DNA of 56,629 nt from Anaerolineae bacterium (lineage in GTDB: Bacteria > Chloroflexota > Anaerolineae > Aggregatilineales > Phototrophicaceae): the NCBI GenBank assembly GCA_034435575.1, contig DAOTXB010000550.1, positions 1-56,629 of the forward strand, written 5' to 3'. Below the pieces are notes generated by a model. The model was not told the DNA's origin. It ran no database searches and saw only the letters and a program-made list of their open reading frames with translations. Both the position numbers and the translations under genes were made by a program. This document shows positions 29,575-41,340 of this stretch, piece by piece. Within the stretch, counting starts at the first letter, position 1. Each line of letters starts with the position of its first letter.

Positions 29575-30380
29575 CCAAGTGCCACATCTAATCCCATCAT
29601 TACGGCGAAACCGATCATCACACCCATTGTTGCAAGATCGGCATTGCCTTCCTGGTGGGATGATGGAATTACTTCTTCGACCACAACAAATATCATAGCA
29701 CCCGCTGCAAAGCTCAATGCGTATGGTAAGATCGGGCGCGCGACTATCACCGCCGCCGCACCAATAACACCTGCCACAGGTTCCACAATGCCAGATGACT
29801 GACCGTACAAAAAACTCCGCCATCTACTCATTCCTTCACGACGGAGAGGCATTGCTACTGCAATACCTTCAGGGAAATTTTGTAAACCTATGCCTAAAGC
29901 AAGCGCTACAGCCGCCGCAAAAGAAGCCGATTCTAGACCGAGATCAGCGGCACCAAAGGCTACACCAACCGCTAATCCTTCGGGAATATTATGTAGTGTG
30001 ATCGCAGTCACCAACAAAACTGACCGTTGCCATGATGTTTTCAGTCCTTCAGCCTCTTCACGCGGTAATCCGATGTGTAAATGTGGTAGCACAGCATCAA
30101 CTAAACGCAAAAACACGCCACCAGATAAAAAACCGACTACGGCAGGAATCCAACCTGGAACCCCCTGATCTTCTGCTAATTCGATACCCGGTGCCAATAA
30201 TGACCAGAAACTTGCCGCGATCATCACTCCGCCTGCAAAACCTAGCAACCAGTCCAGCACGCGTTGATTGATTTCTCTTGTCAAGAATACCGTCATAGCA
30301 CCTAATGCAGTGACACCCCATGTAAATAATGTTGCAAGCAATGCCTGTACAATCGGTGAAAGTTGGGAAAACTGATTCAT
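29571..30380 (-). CDS. zupT: ZIP-family divalent metal (zinc) transporter
   Basis: Has [10 protein letters not shown] and [10 protein letters not shown]. The ATG at 30380 (MNQFSQLSP..) is preferred. The upstream part of the track ORF is non-membrane junk. Confidence 0.85.
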   Translation of the reverse strand: MNQFSQLSPIVQALLATLFTWGVTALGAMTVFLTREINQRVLDWLLGFAGGVMIAASFWSLLAPGIELAEDQGVPGWIPAVVGFLSGGVFLRLVDAVLPHLHIGLPREEAEGLKTSWQRSVLLVTAITLHNIPEGLAVGVAFGAADLGLESASFAAAVALALGIGLQNFPEGIAVAMPLRREGMSRWRSFLYGQSSGIVEPVAGVIGAAAVIVARPILPYALSFAAGAMIFVVVEEVIPSSHQEGNADLATMGVMIGFAVMMGLDVALG

Positions 30381-30486
30381 CAAATTGCCCCCTACGATTT
30401 CATTACGATGTAGCAATATAATTTGTAGTTTGCAAACAATACTCGTATGATTAGCGGTAAATATTCTGTATCGATGTTTATAACAA

Positions 30487-31329
30487 ATGACTGATAACAC
30501 ACAACCAATCCAAGAAAATCCCGATGACAATCGCACACAACCAATTTCTTCCAATATACCTCAATTGGATGATACCAATCCACACGAAGTCACACGGGCG
30601 GTCACACCACAATCGCGTACCCGTAATCTACCGCCTGCGCCACCGTCACGGAGGCAACATGCAGTGCGAAGACCACCTACGCAACCTGTGCCTCCGGTAA
30701 ATCAGCGACAACAACAAGCCTATCGGGGACAATCGCCTAAACACGGACGCGCCCGACAACGAAGAAAAAGTGGTTTGTATTTACCGTTATGGTCATTGGT
30801 ATTGATGCTTATTATTGTCGTTGCCTTAGCAGGTGGAATTATCGCCCTTGTGCTCAGTATGGGTGGAAATAACGATATTCCTGAAGCAGAGCCAGTTGTT
30901 ATCTTGAGTACGGCAGTTCCTTCTCAGCGCCCACAATCATTTCCTGCATCACCGGCAACCGCTACCTTTCCACCAGAAGTGGATACATTGCGTAGTCCAG
31001 TAGCGCCATTGGTTCTCGCAGGTCCAACAGTTGCGACACCTGTTATTTCTCCAACCCCACGCCCGATTACAATCGGCGAAACGGTTATTGTCAGTGATGT
31101 CGGTGTACAAGAACTCAATATTAGAGATCGTGCCGGTGTAATCGACACAAGCATCATTTTTCGCGCACCGGAGGGGTCATTGTTCACAATTATGGATGGA
31201 CCGCGCCAGAGTGATGGTTTAACCTGGTGGCTTATTGAAGATGTCTTCGACTCCACACGACGCGGATGGGCGGCATCGAATTATCTCATTCCTGAGGCTA
31301 TCGTTTCTGAAGATGGCACTGATGGATAG
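30487..31329 (+). CDS. membrane-anchored protein with Pro/Arg-rich N-terminus, one TM helix and a C-terminal bacterial SH3 domain
   Basis: 280 aa. Has the TM segment [27 protein letters not shown] and an SH3b-like tail ([25 protein letters not shown]). Confidence 0.6.
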   Translation: MTDNTQPIQENPDDNRTQPISSNIPQLDDTNPHEVTRAVTPQSRTRNLPPAPPSRRQHAVRRPPTQPVPPVNQRQQQAYRGQSPKHGRARQRRKSGLYLPLWSLVLMLIIVVALAGGIIALVLSMGGNNDIPEAEPVVILSTAVPSQRPQSFPASPATATFPPEVDTLRSPVAPLVLAGPTVATPVISPTPRPITIGETVIVSDVGVQELNIRDRAGVIDTSIIFRAPEGSLFTIMDGPRQSDGLTWWLIEDVFDSTRRGWAASNYLIPEAIVSEDGTDG

Positions 31330-31488
31330 ATTCCCACATTATCCAACACCATAACCCACAATTACCCACATGATGCCAGCTTTATACATCGCATTTTGCG
31401 TTATTAACTCCAAATTAGAACACTTGTCCGAATTCCGCCCGCATTGTACAATGATGTCCATAATTTCGTGGACAGAATCACACCATAA

Positions 31489-33537
<2,049 letters not shown>

Positions 33538-33539
33538 AA

Positions 33540-33588
33540 CCCACACATTTACCCACATCCCGACATCATATTGTGGGATATATGTGGG
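33540..33588. repeat. inverted CCCACA / TGTGGG repeat cluster downstream of ligA
   Basis: CCCACA at 33540 and 33552, TGTGGG at 33572 and 33583. This can form a two-segment hairpin, but no U-tract follows. Confidence 0.8.
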
Positions 33589-33702
33589 AAATCTAAATAA
33601 GTTCCGTCTTCTCTATTGCATCGCAATTCGTTACCATCCATTAATCTTGGTGTACTTCCAAAGATTACCTTTCATCTAATAAACAATCGTAAAGTTGACT
33701 CC

Positions 33703-34920
33703 ATGCCAGAGAAAAATATTATCATCAAACCACGTCGCGACAAACCGATCCTGAATCAACATCCATGGGTATTTTCTGGAGCAATACGAGCGATAGAGGG
33801 TATGCCAGAAGATGGTGACATCGTTACTGTACGTGCTCACGATCATGCTTATATCGGTAAAGGGTATTGGAACACTAAATCACAGATCAGAGTACGCATG
33901 CTGACGTGGGAAGATGAGATTGTTGATAATGTATGGTGGCGGGATATGCTGGAAAATGCAATATCTCGTTCCAACCGTTTACAATTGATCCAAACTAATC
34001 CGCTTTGTGCTATACGCCTGGTGAATGCAGAAAATGATTACATCCCCGGTCTAATTGTTGATTATTATGCAGGTTGGCTGGTGCTACAGGCACTCACACT
34101 TGGTATTGATATTTATAAAAGCGCTATTACAGAATCCCTCGTTACAATCCTTGGTAAAGATATTGTACATGGGGTCTATGAGCGAAGTGATGTCGATATA
34201 CGCGAAAAAGAGGGCTTAGAACAAGTAACCGGCGTGTTGTGGGGTGATTCACCACCATCAGTAATTCGCATTTTCAATCAAGATCGTTATCAATTTGTTG
34301 ATGTTATACACGGACATAAGACCGGACACTATCTCGATCAAATGGCAAATCATCAGATCATCAATACGCTGATTCAACGTAGCGACAGCGAAGAGGTTTC
34401 TGTGCTGAATCTATTTAGCTTTACCGGCGGCTTTGGTTTATTTGCTGAAAATGCGAAGCGCGTAGTAAATGTGGATGCATCACACGAAGCCTTACAAAAT
34501 GCAGAACGCAACGTACTTGAAAACGAATTACTTGATGTAAAAAAATATGAATACATTCAAGCCGATGTATTTGAATATTTACGTGATCTTGCGGATTTGG
34601 GCGAAGAATTCGATATTGTTGTTCTTGATCCACCCAAATTTGCCCATAATAAAAAACAGGTAGAAAACGCATCGCGCGGTTACAAAGACATCAATCTAAA
34701 CGCGTTACATCTGATTAAAACAGGTGGCTATCTAGTAACGTTTTCTTGCTCAGGGTCTATCAGCGCAGATCTATTCCAAAAAATTGTCTTTGGCGCACTT
34801 GTAGATAGCGGAAGAAAAGCACAAATTGTCCAACGATTAGGCGCAAATGATGACCATCCGATAGCATTAACGTTCCCGGAGGGTGAATATCTAAAAGGGT
34901 TGATACTCCGCGTCTATTGA
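33703..34920 (+). CDS. class I SAM-dependent rRNA methyltransferase, RlmI/YwbD-like (PUA-like N-domain)
   Basis: Has HPWVFSGAI near the N-terminus, the SAM motif VLNLFSFTGGFG and DPPKF. The ATG at 33703 is preferred over 33616. Confidence 0.75.
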   Translation: MPEKNIIIKPRRDKPILNQHPWVFSGAIRAIEGMPEDGDIVTVRAHDHAYIGKGYWNTKSQIRVRMLTWEDEIVDNVWWRDMLENAISRSNRLQLIQTNPLCAIRLVNAENDYIPGLIVDYYAGWLVLQALTLGIDIYKSAITESLVTILGKDIVHGVYERSDVDIREKEGLEQVTGVLWGDSPPSVIRIFNQDRYQFVDVIHGHKTGHYLDQMANHQIINTLIQRSDSEEVSVLNLFSFTGGFGLFAENAKRVVNVDASHEALQNAERNVLENELLDVKKYEYIQADVFEYLRDLADLGEEFDIVVLDPPKFAHNKKQVENASRGYKDINLNALHLIKTGGYLVTFSCSGSISADLFQKIVFGALVDSGRKAQIVQRLGANDDHPIALTFPEGEYLKGLILRVY

Positions 34921-35900
34921 GATTTAATGTTATCACGATCTAATTGTTCAGAGAGACGCTTAATTTTATTGCTGGTTTCATACCAGCTTACCTTGCTTAA
35001 ACCAAGTTTCTCGCGGATCGCATCTTCGCTGATATCTTGTCGATAGTCACGAACAGCGCTTGTCCAACGCATTGCTTCAAAAGAAAGTTTAAACGGAATC
35101 TCTGCTCGTTCGCCAACATCCGTCAAGATATATTCAAGGTTACGCGCAGTACAGGTGAATATTTCTTCTTTACCTGATTTAGGCGGATATTGTTGCCGAT
35201 AAAGATCATAAACCTTAAGCCAGTCGCTATCTAAACCAATCCGGCGCTCTTTATATTGATTTTTGCGCTTATGTCGTATTGTCAATATTGGCGCTTTGGG
35301 ATTACTACGGTCAATATCATCCGGTAATAAACGTGAGGCTTCGCTTTTCTTAATTCCTGTTTCTAACAATAAACGAAACAACATCTCAGGGCGATAATCT
35401 TGCTCATCGCTTTTTTTCATCATCTGAGCATGGTGAAGAGCGTCTTGAATCTGATCTTCGTTGAGTACGTTTGATAAGGGTGCAGGACCTGAGCGTTGCA
35501 ATAATGCCTTTGCAGGATCATGTGAAATCGTCCCAAGCGTGTTTAACCACTTAAAATAAACTTTCAGTGTCGTCACACGTCGTGCATATGATTTACGGCT
35601 ACAGGGTACGCCACGTCCATTTTCGAGCCATTCTAAGAAGTCATTTAGCATAGATGTTTTGAACTGTCCTACCGGTGTAGAGCTATCTAAATGCTCTCCA
35701 ACAAGGTTAAGGTCAGAGATAAAGGACGTAATCGTATTTCGTGTCTTACCCTCTTTTGCAAGATTTTCTGCAAATAGCGTTAATGTTGCCGCGAATGGGG
35801 TGTGTCGGCTGATTTCTTCCGGAGATTGTGGTGTGAGATGAAATAATGACGGTTGGCGAATATCAGACATTACTTTTACCCTAATTAAACCATTGAACAT
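34914..35900 (-). CDS. tyrosine-recombinase-fold protein (XerC/D-like) with apparently substituted catalytic residues
   Basis: 328 aa with an N-terminal SAM-like core-binding region and a C-terminal integrase-like region. See findings for the residue substitutions. Alternative start at 35870. Confidence 0.55.
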   Translation of the reverse strand: MFNGLIRVKVMSDIRQPSLFHLTPQSPEEISRHTPFAATLTLFAENLAKEGKTRNTITSFISDLNLVGEHLDSSTPVGQFKTSMLNDFLEWLENGRGVPCSRKSYARRVTTLKVYFKWLNTLGTISHDPAKALLQRSGPAPLSNVLNEDQIQDALHHAQMMKKSDEQDYRPEMLFRLLLETGIKKSEASRLLPDDIDRSNPKAPILTIRHKRKNQYKERRIGLDSDWLKVYDLYRQQYPPKSGKEEIFTCTARNLEYILTDVGERAEIPFKLSFEAMRWTSAVRDYRQDISEDAIREKLGLSKVSWYETSNKIKRLSEQLDRDNIKSQ

Positions 35901-35955
35901 TATTATACGAACATCTATTCTATCTCACAATGACTACACGAAGCAACAGGGAATT

Positions 35956-36771
35956 TTAGAGCCTGAAAATACGATCAGAATTTGCGAATTCATCTACTTC
36001 TAGTTGTTCAATAGTGGATTTAGACAGCACATCCTCAGATTTTACAACACTAAACGTCACATCAAAGGTGGTTTCAAACCCAACGCGAATGGCATATGCA
36101 ACAGCCTCCCATGTAAGTTCTTCCCCCAAAGCATCTGCCAGTGTTGTAGCTCTTTCGCGAACATGAAATTTCGCCTCTTCACGATGATATGGTGTTTTAT
36201 AGGCAAGCGCATCGCAAATACGTGCAACATCCCCGAATAAGGGTAATGTACCATGTTGCAAGACACCATTTTTCCTACGCACCTGTGCGCTTCCAACAAG
36301 TTTTCGACCATCTTGTGTAGTAATCTCATAATGTGATGGCGTTTCAAAACATACGGGACCTATTGTCTTTATATCATCTACCCGCTTATCTGCTTGAGAT
36401 TGCACACCGAGGCGATTAAGACCCGCGAGCAATGCATTGCTAATCCGGCGATAACTTTCAATAATCCCACCAGACGCGATTTCATGGTCAGCAGGAAGCG
36501 CGAGGCTGTACGTTAACTCATCGATATGTAAAATCGCCTTACCCCCTGTTGAGCGTCGCACAATATCCCATCCCCATTGCATCAAGGCATCACGGTCAAC
36601 ATCTTGAGAGCGTTGCCCATAGCCTAAAGACAAGCAGGCAGGAGACCAGCTATAAAAACGGAGTGTAGGTGGTAGTTCGCCTGCACCCACTTTTTGGAGA
36701 ATAACTTCATCAATTGCCATGTTCCGTGAACCGGAAGTAGGAGAATCGTAGATCAAGTGCCATTGACGCAT
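35956..36771 (-). CDS. lipoate-protein ligase / octanoyltransferase family (BPL/LPL catalytic domain)
   Basis: 271 aa. Has NMAIDEVIL, RRSTGGKAILH and GRKLVGSAQ. Confidence 0.75.
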   Translation of the reverse strand: MRQWHLIYDSPTSGSRNMAIDEVILQKVGAGELPPTLRFYSWSPACLSLGYGQRSQDVDRDALMQWGWDIVRRSTGGKAILHIDELTYSLALPADHEIASGGIIESYRRISNALLAGLNRLGVQSQADKRVDDIKTIGPVCFETPSHYEITTQDGRKLVGSAQVRRKNGVLQHGTLPLFGDVARICDALAYKTPYHREEAKFHVRERATTLADALGEELTWEAVAYAIRVGFETTFDVTFSVVKSEDVLSKSTIEQLEVDEFANSDRIFRL

Positions 36772-36832
36772 TTTTCAACCATGCCTATACTCATACTTAT
36801 AAGAGTGATCTCAAAAAGATTATATCAATACT

Positions 36833-38191
36833 ATGACAAAAGAATTCAACCCTGAACATGATCAGCAGAATGACGTGGAAAAAACCGTCGTCAATAGCGT
36901 TGTGCCAGAAGCACCGCGCTACGATGATTCAACGTTTGCGCGTCTGACTGTGCCGGACAAAAATAGCGCACCAACCTGGAAAAATGACAAGCCTGTACAA
37001 ATTTCATCAGAACAGTCTATTCCAACAGCAAAACCACCCGTATATACGACAAAAACGTCTCCTCCCCCATTATATCGTGAGTCAGCGGCTCGTGAACGTG
37101 TTCGTAAACGCCGGGTCAATGGTCGAAATTCTGGTGAAGAATGGGCATGGGTAATTGTCGCTGTCGCACTTTTGGGCATCGTTGTGATGGTCAGCATGAG
37201 TGTGTTCTTTCTTCTGAGGAATACGAGTACTGAACAGGAAATTATTCCAACAGCCGTTGCTAACCTGTCGATATTGCCGACACCGGCAAATTTCCGTAAC
37301 GATCAAACAGGTTCAGGTGGTGAAGAAATCGTTCTCGAAGATGGATCAAGCATTATCCTTGAACCATGGGATGGATCATCACGGTTTACGATTCTCGTTG
37401 TGGGATTAGATCGCCGTCCGGGTGAAACAGGTCTATCGTATCGAACGGACACCATGATGCTTGTCAGCATTGACCCTGCCGCACAATCATTGGGTATTTT
37501 AAGCATCCCACGTGATCTTTATGTCTCCGTACCGGGGTATAGCCAATTGCAACGCATCAATACCCCTATGCTATTAGGGGAGATTCAACAATCGGGCTAT
37601 GGTCCGCGTTTAGCGATGGAAACCGTACAATACAATCTTGGCATCCGTGTAAATGATTTCCTTGCCGTTGATTTCCAGGCATTTATTGATCTGGTTGATG
37701 CTATTGGCGGTGTCACAGTTACAACAGACTATACGATCAACGATCAGTATTATCCCAATATGTTCTACGGTTATGACCCCTTCTATCTACCCGCTGGCAC
37801 ACATCAGCTAGATGGTCAGACCGCGCTCAAATTTGCACGCACACGTCATGGAGATAGCGATTTTGAACGTGCTAATCGTCAACAACAGGTTATCTATGCG
37901 GTGCGTGATCAGATTCTCAACCTAGATATGCTACCCGGTCTAATCATTCGTGCCCCCACCCTGCTTTCTTCGTGGGAAGACAATGTGTACACCAACCTCT
38001 CACTTGATCAAATTGTTCGCCTTGCGTGGTACCTCAAAGATATTCCATCAGAAAATATCCGTACCGGCGTGATCGATTACAACTATACACAACCATTTAC
38101 CACCACTGATGGTGCCGCTGTCTTGATCCCCAATCGTAACCTGATGGGCAACTTAATGGTTGATGTGTTCGGACAAAGTTACTCACAGTAA
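36833..38191 (+). CDS. LytR-CpsA-Psr (LCP) family cell-envelope phosphotransferase
   Basis: 452 aa. Has a cytoplasmic Pro-rich N-terminus, one TM helix, and an LCP core (RTDTMMLVSID, LKFARTRH). Confidence 0.85.
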   Translation: MTKEFNPEHDQQNDVEKTVVNSVVPEAPRYDDSTFARLTVPDKNSAPTWKNDKPVQISSEQSIPTAKPPVYTTKTSPPPLYRESAARERVRKRRVNGRNSGEEWAWVIVAVALLGIVVMVSMSVFFLLRNTSTEQEIIPTAVANLSILPTPANFRNDQTGSGGEEIVLEDGSSIILEPWDGSSRFTILVVGLDRRPGETGLSYRTDTMMLVSIDPAAQSLGILSIPRDLYVSVPGYSQLQRINTPMLLGEIQQSGYGPRLAMETVQYNLGIRVNDFLAVDFQAFIDLVDAIGGVTVTTDYTINDQYYPNMFYGYDPFYLPAGTHQLDGQTALKFARTRHGDSDFERANRQQQVIYAVRDQILNLDMLPGLIIRAPTLLSSWEDNVYTNLSLDQIVRLAWYLKDIPSENIRTGVIDYNYTQPFTTTDGAAVLIPNRNLMGNLMVDVFGQSYSQ

Positions 38192-38221
38192 AATACGATA
38201 TTGCAAGTAATTCCCATAAGC

Positions 38222-38270
38222 AAACAAAAAGAGCAGACCAGAGGATTGGTCTGCTCTAAAATCTTTTCTA
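38222..38270. terminator. bidirectional intrinsic terminator
   Basis: GAGCAGACCA-6 nt-TGGTCTGCTC (38231..38256). It is flanked by an A-run upstream, which gives UUUUUGUUUG on the minus strand, and by TAAAATCTTTTC downstream. Confidence 0.75.
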
Positions 38271-38448
38271 AAAAGACCCGCCATGCCGTTTGCCGCATTG
38301 TTTTGAACCTGCTTTCGCAGGTGGGTAACCTATCAACTATATCAGTCTTGACCAGCGCAGGTCTATCACGTCCACAGCCGACCCCGGTTGCCCGTTTTTA
38401 GGGTGTTGGCTCAAAACTAGTCGCGTCATGACGCACACGGCAGGATAT
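38225..38448 (-). ncRNA. candidate unclassified structured small RNA
   Basis: Minus-strand promoter TTTACA (38482..38477), 17 nt, TATAAC (38459..38454). A 5'/3' closing helix pairs CCAU..GCCGU with ACGGCAUGG. There is a GNRA hairpin ACCUGC-GAAA-GCAGGU, and the strong terminator lies at 38256..38222. No credible ORF. Confidence 0.4.
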
Positions 38449-38618
38449 GGCTAGTTATAGCAAAGCACCCTCACCATGTAAACCCCTAGTTGCGTAAATA
38501 ATGACAAAAATAAGGGTGAAATAAGATATTGCTCCTTTTTTGAAACAATCTACTATTTTTGGCAATCACAGCATATTATCAATTGCAATAACCAAGCACA
38601 CGATTGGAGAAATAAAAA

Positions 38619-39308
38619 ATGGATAACAACTTAATCAAAGAGAGTATCGCCGAATTTGTAGGTACATTCGTACTGGTGTTTATCGGTGGATTTGCCGTTG
38701 TGGTCGCGCCATTATTCGGTGTGGTTGTGCCTGCACTCGCCCATGGTTTAATTTTAGTTGGATTAATCTACACCTACGGGCATATTTCCGGCACACAGAT
38801 CAACCCCGCAGTTACTTTAGGATTGTTAGTTGGTGGCAAAATTGATGTTATGAAAGCTGGCGTATTTATCGTTGCACAATTCATTGGTGGGATTGTTGCG
38901 GCAGTGGTGATCGTTGCTACCATGCCCGATGGTGCTCAAATTGCCCTTCTTGGCTCTGCAGAGCTTTTTAATTACGGGCAAACCACAGGCGCACTTACCG
39001 CTGATTATGTCTGGACAGCGGCAATTATCGAAGCAATTTTGACCTTTTTCCTTGTCAGCGCAGTGTACCAAACAGCGGCATTTGGTAAAGGTGGTAACAT
39101 GGCGGGTGTAGCCATTGGCTTTACACTCGCTGGTTCAATCCTCGCAGGTGGCGCACTTACCGGAGCTTCTCTCAACCCCGCACGTACCCTCGGCCCCGCA
39201 CTAATGGCAGGCGAATTAGATTATGTATTACCCTATTTCGTCGGTCTTTTTGGTGGTGGTGCGCTTGCAGGGGTTTTCCACACTTTCGTCCTCAATACAG
39301 AAAATTAG
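38619..39308 (+). CDS. MIP-family channel (aquaporin / glycerol facilitator)
   Basis: 229 aa with two NPA boxes (INPAVTLG, LNPARTLG) and six hydrophobic segments. Confidence 0.92.
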   Translation: MDNNLIKESIAEFVGTFVLVFIGGFAVVVAPLFGVVVPALAHGLILVGLIYTYGHISGTQINPAVTLGLLVGGKIDVMKAGVFIVAQFIGGIVAAVVIVATMPDGAQIALLGSAELFNYGQTTGALTADYVWTAAIIEAILTFFLVSAVYQTAAFGKGGNMAGVAIGFTLAGSILAGGALTGASLNPARTLGPALMAGELDYVLPYFVGLFGGGALAGVFHTFVLNTEN

Positions 39309-39313
39309 GTAAC

Positions 39314-39352
39314 AAAAAGGGGTGTTGCCATTACACAACACCCCACATTTTC
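39314..39352. terminator. bidirectional terminator between the MIP gene and aspS
   Basis: GGGGTGTTG-8 nt-CAACACCCC (39319..39344), flanked by AAAAA upstream and ACATTTTCC downstream. Confidence 0.7.
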
Positions 39353-39380
39353 CTCTAGTTTCAATATTTGGGATTATGCT

Positions 39381-41213
39381 TTATTCCTCATCATCTTCCG
39401 GTTCATAGGTGCTGGCAATATACAAATCCTCAAGCTGACCGGGTTCCGGTAAAGACGGTGCGTGCGCCATCGCATCTGCGCCGGTTTGTGTCTTCGGGAA
39501 GGCAATCACCTCACGGATATTGGGCGCACCAGCGTACAACATTGCAAGTCGATCAATTCCCCACGCAATCCCACCATGTGGCGGAACACCATACTCAAAT
39601 GCCTCAAGAATATGCCCAAATTGTTCCATAGCATGTTCCATCGTCTGACCAATAAGCGGAAAGATTTTTTCTTGCAACTCCCGCGAGTGGATACGTATAC
39701 TACCACCAGCTATTTCGTAACCATTGCAGACAAGATCATATTGTGATCCGCGTGCCTTACCGGGGTCACTATCCAGCAAGTGAACATCTTCTGGCAAAGG
39801 CATCGTAAACATATGCTGTGATGGGTCCCATCGCTGATTTTCTTCGTCCCAATAAAACTCCGGGAAATCAATAACCCACGCGAATGCCAACATATTCGGG
39901 TCTGCAAGATCAAGTAATCCGGCGATATGACGACGCAATTTATCGACCACGGCATAAACAACATCATCTTCATCAGTGGTAAACAATAGAACATCGCCAG
40001 GTTCGGCTTCGGTGGTTTGGAACAATTCCATCTTTTGATCTACTGTAAAGAATTTGCCAATGGGTCCTTTTACTTCGGCTTCTTCATCAAGCGGAAGCGC
40101 CATCCATGCAAGCCCTTTAGCTTTTGCCTCAGCTTTCACAAGGTCTTCAAGGCTTTTCATCAGCTTTTTGAGTTTTTCACCGCTTAATGTTTTCTCTAGT
40201 TGCTCAGGGTTACGATACAAACCCGGTGCGCGGATCACCTTAACCATTTTACCCGCTTCAACATTTTTATTGAACACGACGAAACCGCTTTTGCCTGCAA
40301 GTTCGGTCACATCAATTGCTTCCAAGCCATAGCGTAAATCTGGCTTATCAGATCCATATTTCTCCATCGCATCTTTGTATGTTAGGCGCTGGAAGGGTCG
40401 TGATAGCAATTGCTTCTCCGGTACAATTTCATCAGAAAGTGCAATCGCCAATTGTTCATTGAGTTGCATGACATCTTCGCGCTCAACAAAACTAATTTCC
40501 ATGTCAAGCTGTGTAAATTCTGGCTGACGTTCGCCCCGAAGATCCTCATCGCGGAAGCACCGCGCAATCTGGAAATATTTCTCGTACCCGGCAACCATCA
40601 ATAATTGTTTCAGTTGTTGTGGGCTTTGTGGCAACGCATAAAACTTACCCGGTTGAAGGCGACTTGGCACCAGAAAATCACGCGCGCCTTCCGGTGTCGT
40701 CTTGAAGAGAATCGGCGTTTCAATTTCTACAAAATCCTCTTTATCCAAAAAATCACGGATAAATTTAATCACTTTGTGACGTGTGATAATGTTATGTTGC
40801 ATCTGTGGACGACGCAGATCTAAATATCGATACTGCATTCGGCGATATTCATCCGTGTTTTCTTCTTTATTGATTGTAATTGCCGGTGTCTTGGATGCAT
40901 TCAAAATCTCAATCTGTGTGCCGACAACGTCAATCGCTCCTGTTGGCAAATCGTTATTCTCTGTACCTTCAGGACGATTACGTACCTCGCCAGAGATAAG
41001 CACGACATATTCATTACGAATTGAACTCGCAATTGCGTGTGCTTCAGCGGCGGTCTCCTCATCTACAACCACCTGAGTCAATCCCCAGCGGTCGCGCAAA
41101 TCAATGAAGATCAAACCACCCTGATCTCGGCGACGATTCACCCAGCCAGCTAAAGTTACAGTTTCGCCGACATGTGATGCACGTAATTCGCCGCACGTAT
41201 GGGTTTTCATCAT
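39381..41213 (-). CDS. aspS: aspartate--tRNA ligase (bacterial type)
   Basis: 610 aa. Has class II motifs FRDEDLRGERQPEFTQLD and GGSIRIH, and GIDRLAML. Confidence 0.96.
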   Translation of the reverse strand: MMKTHTCGELRASHVGETVTLAGWVNRRRDQGGLIFIDLRDRWGLTQVVVDEETAAEAHAIASSIRNEYVVLISGEVRNRPEGTENNDLPTGAIDVVGTQIEILNASKTPAITINKEENTDEYRRMQYRYLDLRRPQMQHNIITRHKVIKFIRDFLDKEDFVEIETPILFKTTPEGARDFLVPSRLQPGKFYALPQSPQQLKQLLMVAGYEKYFQIARCFRDEDLRGERQPEFTQLDMEISFVEREDVMQLNEQLAIALSDEIVPEKQLLSRPFQRLTYKDAMEKYGSDKPDLRYGLEAIDVTELAGKSGFVVFNKNVEAGKMVKVIRAPGLYRNPEQLEKTLSGEKLKKLMKSLEDLVKAEAKAKGLAWMALPLDEEAEVKGPIGKFFTVDQKMELFQTTEAEPGDVLLFTTDEDDVVYAVVDKLRRHIAGLLDLADPNMLAFAWVIDFPEFYWDEENQRWDPSQHMFTMPLPEDVHLLDSDPGKARGSQYDLVCNGYEIAGGSIRIHSRELQEKIFPLIGQTMEHAMEQFGHILEAFEYGVPPHGGIAWGIDRLAMLYAGAPNIREVIAFPKTQTGADAMAHAPSLPEPGQLEDLYIASTYEPEDDEE

Positions 41214-41340
41214 AAGGTTTTCTCCCGTTGTGATGGTGGTTGATCAATAGGTCACTAAGTAGTGATATGAGTGAAAAAGAATATCACGCTTGGGTTAAGA
41301 AATAAATGTCAACTTTGTCGCAAATTCCTTTGTTCACAAT

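Noticed and set aside
30393-30409. Calling a canonical Zur box upstream of the ZIP transporter.
   Set aside because: Only one half-site (TCGTAAT) matches, and the other half is a direct rather than inverted repeat. It is kept only as a low-interest observation.
30381-30554. Upstream 58 codons of the ZIP transporter ORF.
   Set aside because: The composition is unlike a membrane protein (Cys/His/Arg-rich). MNQFSQLSP.. at 30380 starts the first TM helix. The extension would also overlap the divergent SH3b gene start.
34914-35900. Treating the recombinase-like gene as the marker of an integrated mobile element or prophage.
   Set aside because: No flanking direct repeats, tRNA target, phage/plasmid genes or compositional break are visible. 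The neighbours are ordinary housekeeping genes.
38201-38401. 66-aa ORF on the plus strand in the LCP/aquaporin spacer.
   Set aside because: It starts inside and reads through the bidirectional terminator hairpin, has no RBS, and coincides with the structured-RNA candidate.
38260-38470. Possible SRP (4.5S) RNA or TPP riboswitch. The plus strand has ATGACGC..GGATATGGCTAG resembling the 3' part of E. coli 4.5S, plus TTGAACCTG and CCAGCGCAGG resembling TPP-box fragments.
   Set aside because: The invariant SRP helix-8 core (GGUCCGGAAGGAAGCAGC-like) is absent on both strands. The TPP CUGAGA element and the P4/P5 arrangement are missing. The resemblances are short and out of context.
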